A program made the position numbers and the translations under genes. This document shows, piece after piece, positions 1-9,500 of a stretch of DNA of 28,492 bases. The stretch covers positions 1 through 28,492 of the forward strand of contig VRVR01000019.1 in NCBI GenBank assembly GCA_009859145.1. The letters run 5' to 3'. The DNA is from Andalucia godoyi And28 (Eukaryota > Protista > Jakobida). The notes below the pieces were generated by a model. That model was not told the DNA's origin. It made no database searches and saw only the letters and a program-made list of their open reading frames with translations. Position 1 is the stretch's first letter, and each line of letters begins with the position of its first letter.

Positions 1-185
1 AACCCTAACCCTAACCCTAACCCTAACCCTAACCCTAACCCTAACCCTAACCCTAACCCTAACCCTAACCCTAACCCTAACCCTAACCCTAACCCTAACC
101 CTAACCCTAACCCTAACCCTAACCCTAACCCTAAACCCTAAACCCTAAACCCTAACCCTAAACCCTAACCCTAAACCCTAACCCT
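1..185. repeat. Telomeric repeat array (CCCTAA)n = TTAGGG on minus strand, with proximal CCCTAAA variants
   Basis: 22 perfect AACCCT units at 1-132, then five AAACCCT 7-mers mixed with three 6-mers at 133-185. C-rich strand at the 5' end of the sequence is the orientation expected for a left chromosome end. Confidence 0.98.
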
Positions 186-187
186 GA

Positions 188-2071
188 GAAGATGCAGGAT
201 GTTCTAAGACAAATCATTATGAAGTTGGCATGGTTGTTGCGACCTGCAAGTACCTGCTGCAACAAGAGTACAAGGACGACCAACTTGTTATCCTTACGCC
301 GTATTTAGGGCAACTGCAACTGATTCGTGCAGCTCTACGAGCGGAATTTGACGTCACCATTAACGATTTGGATACTGAGGATTTGATCCGCGCCGGCGAA
401 AACGTAGATCAAAGCGGCAAAGCCTCCAACAAACGACCAAAAATCTATGTTGCAACCGTTGACAACTATCAGGGCGAAGAAGCCGACATTGTCGTTGCAT
501 CTCTGGTCCGCAGTAATGTCTCACGCTCCATCGGATTTCTCGCAGAACCTGAGCGGGTGAATGTACTTCTTTCACGTGCTCGTTTGGGGATGATTTTGTT
601 TGGCGACATGGAAACCTTGACAAATGCGTCTAATCGGAAAGGCGCAGAATTGTGGAAGAAGATTAACTATTTTCTGTCGGACGACACGCGTCGGTCCGTT
701 GTGAGCGGTCTTCCTGTAAGGTGCGATAGGCACCCGGCCCAGCTAAACTACTTGGCAACGGTGGACGATTTCAAGAAATCCGCTCCTGATGGAGGGTGTT
801 TGTCGTCGTGCACATATGTGTTTGAGACTTGTGGCCACAAGTGTGGACGCAAGTGTCATCGACTTGAAGGACATGAAAGTGTGCGGTGCACTTCCGATGT
901 GCGGTCAACCTGTGAAAAGGGTCATCCTTTGCATTTCAAGTGTCACGTAGGACGTCCTTCAATATGCAAGATTTGCGAGAAGCTCCAGGCGGCGGAAGAA
1001 AAGCGGAAGAAAGCGGAAGCGGAAGAACAGCGCAAGCGTGACGTTGAAGAGGCAGCATATAGAGTGCAACAAGCGGAACGAGAAGCAAAGCTGCAAAAAG
1101 TGATTGCTGACATTGAGAATGTTCAGATTTCGGAGCGTAGGAAGCTTCAGGCAGAGCGACTACGGCTTGAAACAGAGATTCAAGAACACAATTTGAAAGT
1201 GGCGAAGGAGCAGCTTCCTGCTCAGACCGATGAAGAGGTCAAACAAATGAAGGAAAAGGCCGAACAGCGGAAGCTTCAAGCTCGCTCTGCTGCTTCTCGC
1301 AACAAAGAGAAAACACCCTGTGCACAAGATACAGGAAAAGGGCGTGTTACAATGGCTACTTCGCAACAACATAGGCAGAGCGGTGCCCCACAACGATCGA
1401 GTGACAGGCCTGCCTCCGAAGGCATGCAGATGTCTACCAATGTTCGCATCGATAATGATACCACAGATTTCCTTTCTTTCGTAGTAGCCGGTTGTGGTTT
1501 GCCCAAGGACAACGCGATTTTGTCGTTTGTGACCGACTGGAAATTTACAGAATTCCGCGAATGTCCTGCATTTGCACAAGTTGCACTTTCGCCCACAATG
1601 AAGACCGTGCTTGAAAAATGCGCTCAAAACGAATGGAGGGCTGCCTTTAGTAGAGCCGGAAAGATGAGTCGAGCAACCGCACCAGATCTGCAGTTGTTTT
1701 TGATGCTGTGTCGGTCAAAACTCAATGACGACAGCTTGCCAAACAATTTGAACGAAAGAAAAGAGATTATTGCTTCGTGCGATAAAATCTCTGGAATTTT
1801 AGATCTTGTGTCCAGTGCCGTCCTTTTGCAGCGGTTTGATGACAATGAGTGCATCCTACGAGGTGCTGTGTGTGCACTGGCTGCCAAAAAGCTTTTGACG
1901 GAAACGTCAGGACCATTCTTGGACCACATCACCGGACTTCCCTCGTCGGTGATGGATTTGTTCAAGAATTTGTGTGATGAAGTCTTGACGGTAGCAAAGC
2001 AGAAATTCAGTCCATCTACTGACACTTCACGTCCGTCAGATCGTGCAGTAAGCAGCGCATTCGCCAGGTGA
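188..2071 (+). pseudogene. 5'-truncated UPF1/ZNFX1-like SF1 helicase C-terminal lobe + NF-X1-type Cys/His-rich zinc fingers + coiled coil (N-terminal part of a helicase-NFX1-CbxX gene)
   Basis: Frame is open from 188 (EDAGCSKTNHYEVGMVV...), upstream of the ATG at 230. AAA_12 motifs: SKTN..E, ILTPYLGQL, ATVDNYQGEEADIVVASLVRSN, IGFL..PERVNVLLSRAR. Followed by CGHKCGRKCH and CEKGH-type Zn fingers and an E/K/Q-rich coiled coil. The N-terminal ATP-binding lobe (Walker A/DEAx) is absent. Ends at TGA 2069-2071, in frame with the next ORF. Confidence 0.88.
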
Positions 2072-2122
2072 TCGGAAGCAAAGACAATCAAAGGTGCAGC
2101 GAGCAAGGCACTTGACAAATTG

Positions 2123-5074
2123 ATGGAGTTAATTGGAGTCGAAGACATCAAGATGCAGTTTCTTGATATGTATGATACAATTTTGCTTGACAAGTCTCGC
2201 AGTACGAACGGGAAACCTTCCATCGGACGTCGCAGTCTCATTCTTACCGGGAATCCCGGTACTGGAAAAACGACCATCGCTCGGATCTACGCAGAATTCT
2301 TGTCAGAACTGGGCATTCTTCCTGGAAAGGCATTTGAAGAAACGACTGGTGCAAGATTGGTTGATGATGGAATCGATGGGTTGAAAAAGGTTATTGCAGC
2401 TGTGGAGAAGGGAGGTGTTTTGTTCATCGACGAAGCGTATCAACTTAATCCTGGACAGGATCGTCAAGGTGGCAAGGTTTTGGATTTGCTTTTAACAGAA
2501 GTAGAAAACAAGAGAGGTACTATGGCCGTTGTGCTGGCTGGGTACAAGGGTCGAATGGACAAGCTCTTGGAATTCAACGAAGGACTTCCGACGCGGTTTC
2601 CAACGGTTATGAATATTTCCGATTTCGACGATTCCGAATTGTTAGTCATTGCCAAAGGACATCTGTCCAAGCAGCAGAATGGCAGATATCACCTTGATGA
2701 TGAAAAGATCATGCGCATTCTCTCTCGTCGTGTTGGTTACCTTCGCGGACGTGAAGGGTTTGGTAATGCGAGGGCCGTCGAGAATGCAATCGAGAAAATG
2801 TCGCAACGACAGAGTCGGAGAATCGTCAGCTTGCGTTCGAAGAACGAGTTTCCGGACGAATGGCTCATTACCATGTCGGACGTGGTAGGGACTGACGGAC
2901 ACCCAGTGTTGGATGACATTCCTGCTTGGCGTCGATTGCTTGCAATGGAAGGGCTTGGCGAGGTAAAGGACGCAATTCGTGGAATTGGTAGAGAGATTGC
3001 AGGAAATTTTATTCGAGAACAGAAGGAAGAAAAACTGGCCGACTTCTTTCTGAATCGAGTATTTCTCGGGAGTCCTGGAACTGGGAAGACGACGGTTGCA
3101 AAGTTGTTTGGAGAAATCATCTGTGGTCTTGGTCTTCTCAGCAAGGGCGACTTGATCGTCAAGAAACCTGCCGATTTTCTCGGTGGAGCATTGGGTGTTT
3201 CGGAACAGCAGACCAAGGCGATCCTGAAAGCGGCCGAAGGTTGTGTTTTGGTGATTGACGAAGCCTACGGGCTTTGTCCGATCGCAGGTGGCAAGAACAG
3301 CAATATCGCAGGAAGTACTCCAGATCCGTTCAAGGTCGGAGTTATAGACACTATCGTGGCCGAAGTCCAGAATACGGCCAGTGAAGACCGATGTGTGATT
3401 CTCTGCGGGTATTCTGATGAAATGGAGCATCTTCTTCGGGTATCGAACCCGGGTCTTGCACGTCGTTTCCCCCTCGAAAAAGCATTCTATTTCGCAGATT
3501 TTACCGAGGATGAGTTACTTCGGATCTTCAACAACAAGGTGCACCAGCTGGATATCTTGGTGTCGACAAATGTTCAGCAAGTGGCGATCGAGGAACTAAA
3601 GAAGATGAAGCGCAAGGCCAACTTCGGAAACGGCGGTGCTGTGGACAACTTGCTTGCGAAAGCGAGAGAAAACTGTGCCAAACGGTGCAAGAACATGACT
3701 GTTTCAGAGTCTGTGGATCAGAGCAAAGTCCTTTTGGAAGAAGATTTTGTTGCTGGCGCCGCGCCCCGTCGATCTTTGGAAACCATTCTTGGAGAGTTGG
3801 TAGGATGCGATGATATCCGTACAAGGATGATCTCCATGAAACAAACAGTAGATTTCTGGAGGGACAAAGGTATTGATCCAATTTCCAAGCTAGCGCTCAA
3901 TTTCAGGTTTGTGGGCCCTCCTGGAACAGGTAAGACAACTGTTGCAAGAAAGATTGGTGAAGTCTTTTACACTCTTGATCTTTTGTCGTCCGCGGACGTG
4001 GAAGAAGTTACTCCCAGGGATTTGATTGGCTCCTTTGTCGGGCAGACCAGACCAAAGACGGAAGCTGTCATGGAACGTGCACTTGGTCGTGTTCTCTTTA
4101 TTGACGAAGCCTATGGATTGCATCCAAACAAGAGCTTGTACGGTACTGAAGCTCTCGAGCAGCTGCTGTCGATGCTAACAGATCCGAAGTACATGAGCAA
4201 GATGGTGGTGATTCTTGCCGGGTATGAAAAGGAGATTGACGAACTGTTGGACACAAATCCAGGACTGAAAAGCCGATTCCCAGAGCAAATTATGTTCAAA
4301 CCGTTGACAGAGCAACAATGTGTCCAACTGCTCGATAAGAAATTACAGACTGTTTCCTTTCAGATGGATGCAGGTGCAAGGGCAAAAGCGCAGGAAATTT
4401 TCCACGATCTTATCAACACTCTAAACTGGGCGAATGGCCGGGATGTCGAAACTGTCGCGAAGAAAGTTGAGCAGCACACTATCAACGTATCGGTGCCTGC
4501 CGACGAGGACGATGATGTGACGCATGTCAAACCGGATCATGTATCGCAGCCAATGCTGCGGTTTCTTCAAGAGCGACAGAAGAGCAGTTTATCTTCTGCA
4601 CGCACAGAGCTGCCCAACATTCTATCACAAGCGCAACAACAGCAAGTTATGCATCCCTCGTTGCAGCCAAAAATTGAGATCGCAAAGTCCACGCAAGTGC
4701 AATCCCGTGATGAGGATGTCAAGGAGGAAATGGAGAAGAGTCGCATGAGCGAGGATGGTTCTCCGGTTGCACCGTCATGGCTGCAAGATGGATTGCATAG
4801 TGCACTCTTGCATCTTGGAATGAACCGTGATGACGCGGTGAATCGACTGATGAAGGAAGAGGCAGATGAAGAGATTGCTCGCGAAGTGGCCAAGAAAACG
4901 AAGAGAGATCTCGAAACGGTGAAGAAGGAAATGGAAGCTATGCAGAAGGAAATTGCAACGCGCGTGCAGAGAGTGGCAAAGGTCCCGGTGATACGTTGTT
5001 TGATTTGCGGTAGTCCAAGCTGTCCTGTCAGACCCGCGGTAGTGGGATATTTGGAAGTGATGTTGCCAGCCTAG
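2123..5074 (+). CDS. Triple CbxX/CfxQ (SpoVK-like) AAA+ ATPase module; C-terminal part of the same gene as 188-2071
   Basis: Three Walker A motifs (GNPGTGKT, GSPGTGKT, GPPGTGKT), three Walker B motifs (LFIDEAY, LVIDEAY, LFIDEAY) and LAGY / NPGL..RF motifs; C-terminal CxxC..C. Same frame as the upstream ORF, separated by one TGA plus 17 sense codons. First ATG at 2123; ends TAG. Confidence 0.9.
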   Translation: MELIGVEDIKMQFLDMYDTILLDKSRSTNGKPSIGRRSLILTGNPGTGKTTIARIYAEFLSELGILPGKAFEETTGARLVDDGIDGLKKVIAAVEKGGVLFIDEAYQLNPGQDRQGGKVLDLLLTEVENKRGTMAVVLAGYKGRMDKLLEFNEGLPTRFPTVMNISDFDDSELLVIAKGHLSKQQNGRYHLDDEKIMRILSRRVGYLRGREGFGNARAVENAIEKMSQRQSRRIVSLRSKNEFPDEWLITMSDVVGTDGHPVLDDIPAWRRLLAMEGLGEVKDAIRGIGREIAGNFIREQKEEKLADFFLNRVFLGSPGTGKTTVAKLFGEIICGLGLLSKGDLIVKKPADFLGGALGVSEQQTKAILKAAEGCVLVIDEAYGLCPIAGGKNSNIAGSTPDPFKVGVIDTIVAEVQNTASEDRCVILCGYSDEMEHLLRVSNPGLARRFPLEKAFYFADFTEDELLRIFNNKVHQLDILVSTNVQQVAIEELKKMKRKANFGNGGAVDNLLAKARENCAKRCKNMTVSESVDQSKVLLEEDFVAGAAPRRSLETILGELVGCDDIRTRMISMKQTVDFWRDKGIDPISKLALNFRFVGPPGTGKTTVARKIGEVFYTLDLLSSADVEEVTPRDLIGSFVGQTRPKTEAVMERALGRVLFIDEAYGLHPNKSLYGTEALEQLLSMLTDPKYMSKMVVILAGYEKEIDELLDTNPGLKSRFPEQIMFKPLTEQQCVQLLDKKLQTVSFQMDAGARAKAQEIFHDLINTLNWANGRDVETVAKKVEQHTINVSVPADEDDDVTHVKPDHVSQPMLRFLQERQKSSLSSARTELPNILSQAQQQQVMHPSLQPKIEIAKSTQVQSRDEDVKEEMEKSRMSEDGSPVAPSWLQDGLHSALLHLGMNRDDAVNRLMKEEADEEIAREVAKKTKRDLETVKKEMEAMQKEIATRVQRVAKVPVIRCLICGSPSCPVRPAVVGYLEVMLPA

Positions 5075-5120
5075 ATGCTGTTTTAAAAAGTAGTGTATCA
5101 GGAACAACAACATAACAACG

Positions 5121-6521
5121 ATGATGATGATGAGGAAGGTGTCATCGGTTCGCCTGCGATTTCATCGATCGAGCAACCACGCCCTGCTTGAAGGGTCCAC
5201 AATTGAACTGCACGAGCATCGACTTTGGATCTATTGCCAGTGGTGACAATCTCCTCGATTACTATGCAAATGCAAAACAAAAAGTGCTGCGCGTTCCGAA
5301 AGAGAGCTCTTCAAAGGTAAATTTACGCCCGAGTTCTTTCCGCGGCGGTTCTGTCTGAAAGACGACATGTACTCCCAGCATCCAAAGATCTTGCGCGAAC
5401 TGATTACCTGGATATGCGATCGGTACCAAACATCCGGAGTGGGATACGCCGAGTTGTCTGTTGGCGCCAAAGACCTGGTGACGCGCCCCTGGTTGATGAA
5501 GCATCTTACCTTTCGTCCTCCAGATAGTCGTGTTCGACTGCGCTATCTGGCAGCATTGCAACGAAAATTCAAGGATGCAAAACGATTGACTCCGCAAGTC
5601 ATGAACGACCTTGGAATTCCAACGTATCCAGCGGGAAATCAAACATCGGAAGATATTGGTGACTGGGTAACGACCGTCAAAGACAGGTTGTCGCCTCAGA
5701 ACGCGAATCATCAAGCAATGTTTCAATCCGAACCCGTTGTAATGTTGGAGGGCATCCGCCGTGCTTTTAATCTTTCTCGGAACACCGACGTGGAAGACCT
5801 TGACTTGCGCGAGAAGCTGCTGCACAACTTCTGTGTGGGGTTGGACTATGTCGGCGACGAGTGGCAGCATCCGTTTTGCCCATTCGATCTTCCAGACTTC
5901 GTCACGTTTCTGCTCAACGAACGCGCGCTTCGACAAGGACACTTTGGCTTCCGATTTCACTGCGGCGAGTGTGACGAGGATTTTGTGACGCCGCAGTTGC
6001 TTGCCCATATGACCATCTCTGCCAACGTCATTCTGAACATCCTCAAAGCCGTGAAAGACAGTGAGTCCGAAAAGTCTCTGCCTGAATCCAAACCGCCGCC
6101 TCTCCGAATCAGCCACGGTGTTGCATTTCGCCACTTTTTGAACATCCCAGATGAAGATGAATCGCTGCGTCGCCACTCGACCATCATCACGAAGGCACTG
6201 CGCAAGATGACGAAACACAAAGTCCCGCTCGAACTTTGTGCTTCCAGCAACCTGTTTCTGGTACAATCGGACCCGGAGCTGCGCAAACCGCTGTTTCACG
6301 CTTCTCCGACGTTGCCGCAACCTCGTTGTCTGCTCGCCACCGATGACGACGGAATCGTCCCCGTCGAGTATTTGTTCTACGTGTCCGTATCCGCCGAGTA
6401 CGCAACCATCCTGTTTTCCCGAAAAGCGAATGGGAGTCAAGACGATCATAACAGTCTCATTTCCAACAGCGCACTCATCGAAATGCTCGAGACTGCCTCG
6501 GCCTCGCGCTTTGGGATTTAA
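5121..6521 (+). CDS. Adenosine/AMP deaminase family amidohydrolase (core ORF 5367-6521; 5' part 5121-5366 disrupted)
   Basis: GYAELS, FRFHCGE (metal His + catalytic Glu), RISHG, PLELCASSN and LLATDDDG match the ADA/AMPD motif series. The first metal-binding HxH (IELHEH, 5202-5219) lies upstream, in the same frame but behind TGA 5244-5246. Confidence 0.85.
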
Positions 6522-6551
6522 CCCGGGTTTCCCCCTATTCTGCGATTGCTG

Positions 6552-6557
6552 AATAAA
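6552..6557 (+). promoter_or_regulatory. Candidate AATAAA polyadenylation signal for the deaminase gene
   Basis: AATAAA about 30 nt downstream of the deaminase stop, inside the 56-nt gap between two convergent stops. Confidence 0.3.
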
Positions 6558-6577
6558 AACAGTGTAGATTACAAAGC

Positions 6578-9500
6578 TTAGAATGGATCGTCGGCAGCTT
6601 CTGTTGCCGATCGTGGCGACAGTAGGTTTGGATCCGTGTTTCCCTTTGGCCACAGCTCTCGAGGCTGAGTAAGGCCACCAAAAAGCTTCTGCATGCGAAG
6701 GACTTCTCCGATCATGGTCCACACGGGATATGCATAGGCCAGCACGTCTTGGGCAGATTGGACGAACTTATCCTCCATACCAAGCGAATGAAGACCCACA
6801 ATCACGCCTCGCAGCAAATCCGTGTACTCGGTGTTCTTTCGAAAATTCGCATCCAACACGCGGTCGATAACCCACACCGCACCCGAGTCGCCCGGAGCGG
6901 GTATATATCCCTTGGTCTTATCCTCACGTTTGCGACAAGCCTTGCAAGGAGGCGAAACAAAAGGATACAATTCCAGGCCCGGTGGATGATCGATATCATC
7001 TGCGCTGATGACTTGCAGAACGGCAAGAGTCGTCCCTGTCGTAATTCCTTTTTTGCAGCAAACTACTTTGCATCCGCGATCCTCTTGCAAGTACCGCAAG
7101 CCCCGTTGCAGCAACTCTGCAGCAGTTTCAGATGGCCAATAAGGTTCAGAAACCGTTTCTTGGGATTCAACGTCACGAATTTGGAACACAAACGGCTGGA
7201 TGAAATCGTGATACTCCATCGGGATAGGGATGAATGCAAAGTCGTGGATCAACTTATGAGATTTCACCGACGATGCTTGCACTTCGACAGTGTGTTCCAC
7301 GCCATACAGATGAACCTTTTGATCGGTCAGGCAGAAATGAAATGCGTCGGAAAGAGAGATGCAACACTGCGCAATAAGCACTTTTGAAGACTCGGCTTTG
7401 GCTTCTCGTGTTGGCGTAGATGAATTCACATTTCTCATCACCGAAAACACACGAGAAACGGCAGACGATAGCCCCAATATTCGATCCAAAGGGAGAAGAA
7501 CATGTCCAGCAGTGACTGCGTAGATATCGTTCTGCTCTTCACCCAACGACACAAAACCCCCCACCGACGCAATATCGGCCCCTGAATTAGCATCGATTCG
7601 GACACAATGCGGAAAATGATTGACGATGGATCCTCCAATCTCTCTCGAATTGTCTGCGCTATGAACAGCCTGTGGGACAAACTTTGCCGAAACCACGGGA
7701 ATATTGATGCCGAATCTCCCCGTCTTCGAGTAACTCATCAGTTCAATTCCATACAGCTCCTTAAAACTGACGCACATTGAATTCAACAGCGCTACGCCAG
7801 ACTCTTTCGCAATGAACGGAGTCAGACACTGGAGACACAGAGTTCCGTCTTTGTTGAAATCAAAGGAACGAACAAGAATGTCCGCATTACCGACTTTGAA
7901 ATAATGGCCATGCTCAATCAAAAAATCCTCAAGATAGGATACGTTTGTGATTAATGACGAAGGCCGAACTGTAAGAGATGAACCGTCATGAGCAACCAAC
8001 AAACGATCCGATGGGACGACGCCGGAATTCTCTTTTTCGAGCCCCAACATACGCTCGCGTAGTATGTAATCTTCATCAGTTGCGGATATGGACGGGATTC
8101 TGCGCAGTTCCTCGGCTGGCAAAAAATAGGAACGGTATTGTTCGAATCCCAAGTCCAGTTTCAGCAAATGCCGCAATAAAACGTACGAAGAATAAACCTT
8201 CTTGTGACTCGGACCGCGGAATGCCAATATCGAACGACCAAATCGGTGACACTTTTCCCAATCCGAGTCCAAAACTAGACAACCAGGTTTGATACGTTGC
8301 ATTGCTCGCTTCAAAGACGCCTCCCATTCCACCAGCGGCTCTTTAAAATCCAATAACTTCGAAAGAACTTCTGCTAAATTGTTGAGATCCGGAACAACAG
8401 ATTCCAGAGAAAACAACACCCTGAAGGACGGATCTGTAAACGGGTCCTCAATTTGATCTTGAAGAATTCGCGAAAAAGGAATGGATGGGGGTCTGAACAA
8501 CGCATCCATAAATCTCTGAACCCTAATCAGACGGGTTTCAGGACGATCAGCCTGAGGATCAGACTTGAATCTCTGTTGAACGGATTGGCGAGCGGTGACA
8601 ATGACATCGTCGATAACCTGCGCTACATGCAAAGACATCCCGAGATATGCGTCACTTGTAATCTCATCATCGAAATTTGGAGAGAAAACTACTCGTTCCC
8701 GAAACTGGGAAGATAACCATGTTTGAAGGGATGTAAAACCCTCTCGAGAAAATTCCTTATAATTCAAGACAACATTCTCGACCAAAGATGAGAGTTGATC
8801 GGAAGTTCCTCGAAACAGCATTTCCATAAATCCGGGCATTGCAAAGATGGCCGTCCAAGTTTTTTGAATGGAAGTCTCCGACGAAGGATCGTATTTCAAT
8901 ATTGTGGAGAAAATGTGTTCACAATGACTAACAAACAGGTTTTCCAACTTGGCGCATAAACGTGCTCTTGCACTGTTTTGCAATTCCATCAAAGAAGCAC
9001 GAAATTTGACATCTTTCTTGGAATCCAGCTTCTTGAACACCCGCATCAACGACTGCAACTTGGTGACAGCTCGCTCGCAGTACTCAAGAATCTCCCTTAA
9101 CCTCGGATTGAACGAAGAGTTTAGCGCACTCATCAGAGGCACCATACCAGCGACACCACGGATATGGTCGTCGTTCTCCTCAAGAAGTCGACGAACTCGA
9201 GCGAGAACAGACTTTGTGATAGCCCCTCCTTCGGACACCAGCTCTTTGTCTACAAGGTGAAATAGCGCATTCACAGTGCAAAACAAGCTTTCATCAAGCT
9301 GAACTCCGAGTCTGCGGCAAAACTCGGCTCTGAAATTCTGTTCCACCGGGTCAATGTCATTGTCAGGTACTTCTGAACGCTCCAGCACTTTGACGACAAC
9401 TAAATTCGCAAGTAAATCGGAACGATCTGGCCGTCGAAGGAACTCCACGAGCGATGAAATGTGAACATCGTCCGAAGACTGCGAATACTTCATGACAAAC

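Noticed and set aside
188-2071. Telomere-linked RecQ helicase (TLH/Y'-type element)
   Set aside because: Motifs are SF1 UPF1-like, not RecQ/SF2, and the gene is cut by the telomere rather than carried as an intact element.
2048-2103. 36-nt introns (2048-2083 with GTAAGC donor, or 2068-2103) removing the TGA
   Set aside because: Either would delete residues whose spacing matches the motif I recall preceding CbxX domains in homologs. Disfavoured but not excluded without RNA data.
5262-6722. 486-aa antisense ORF over the deaminase
   Set aside because: No recognisable motifs; it mirrors a well-supported sense gene, as do the other overlapping shadow ORFs in the track.
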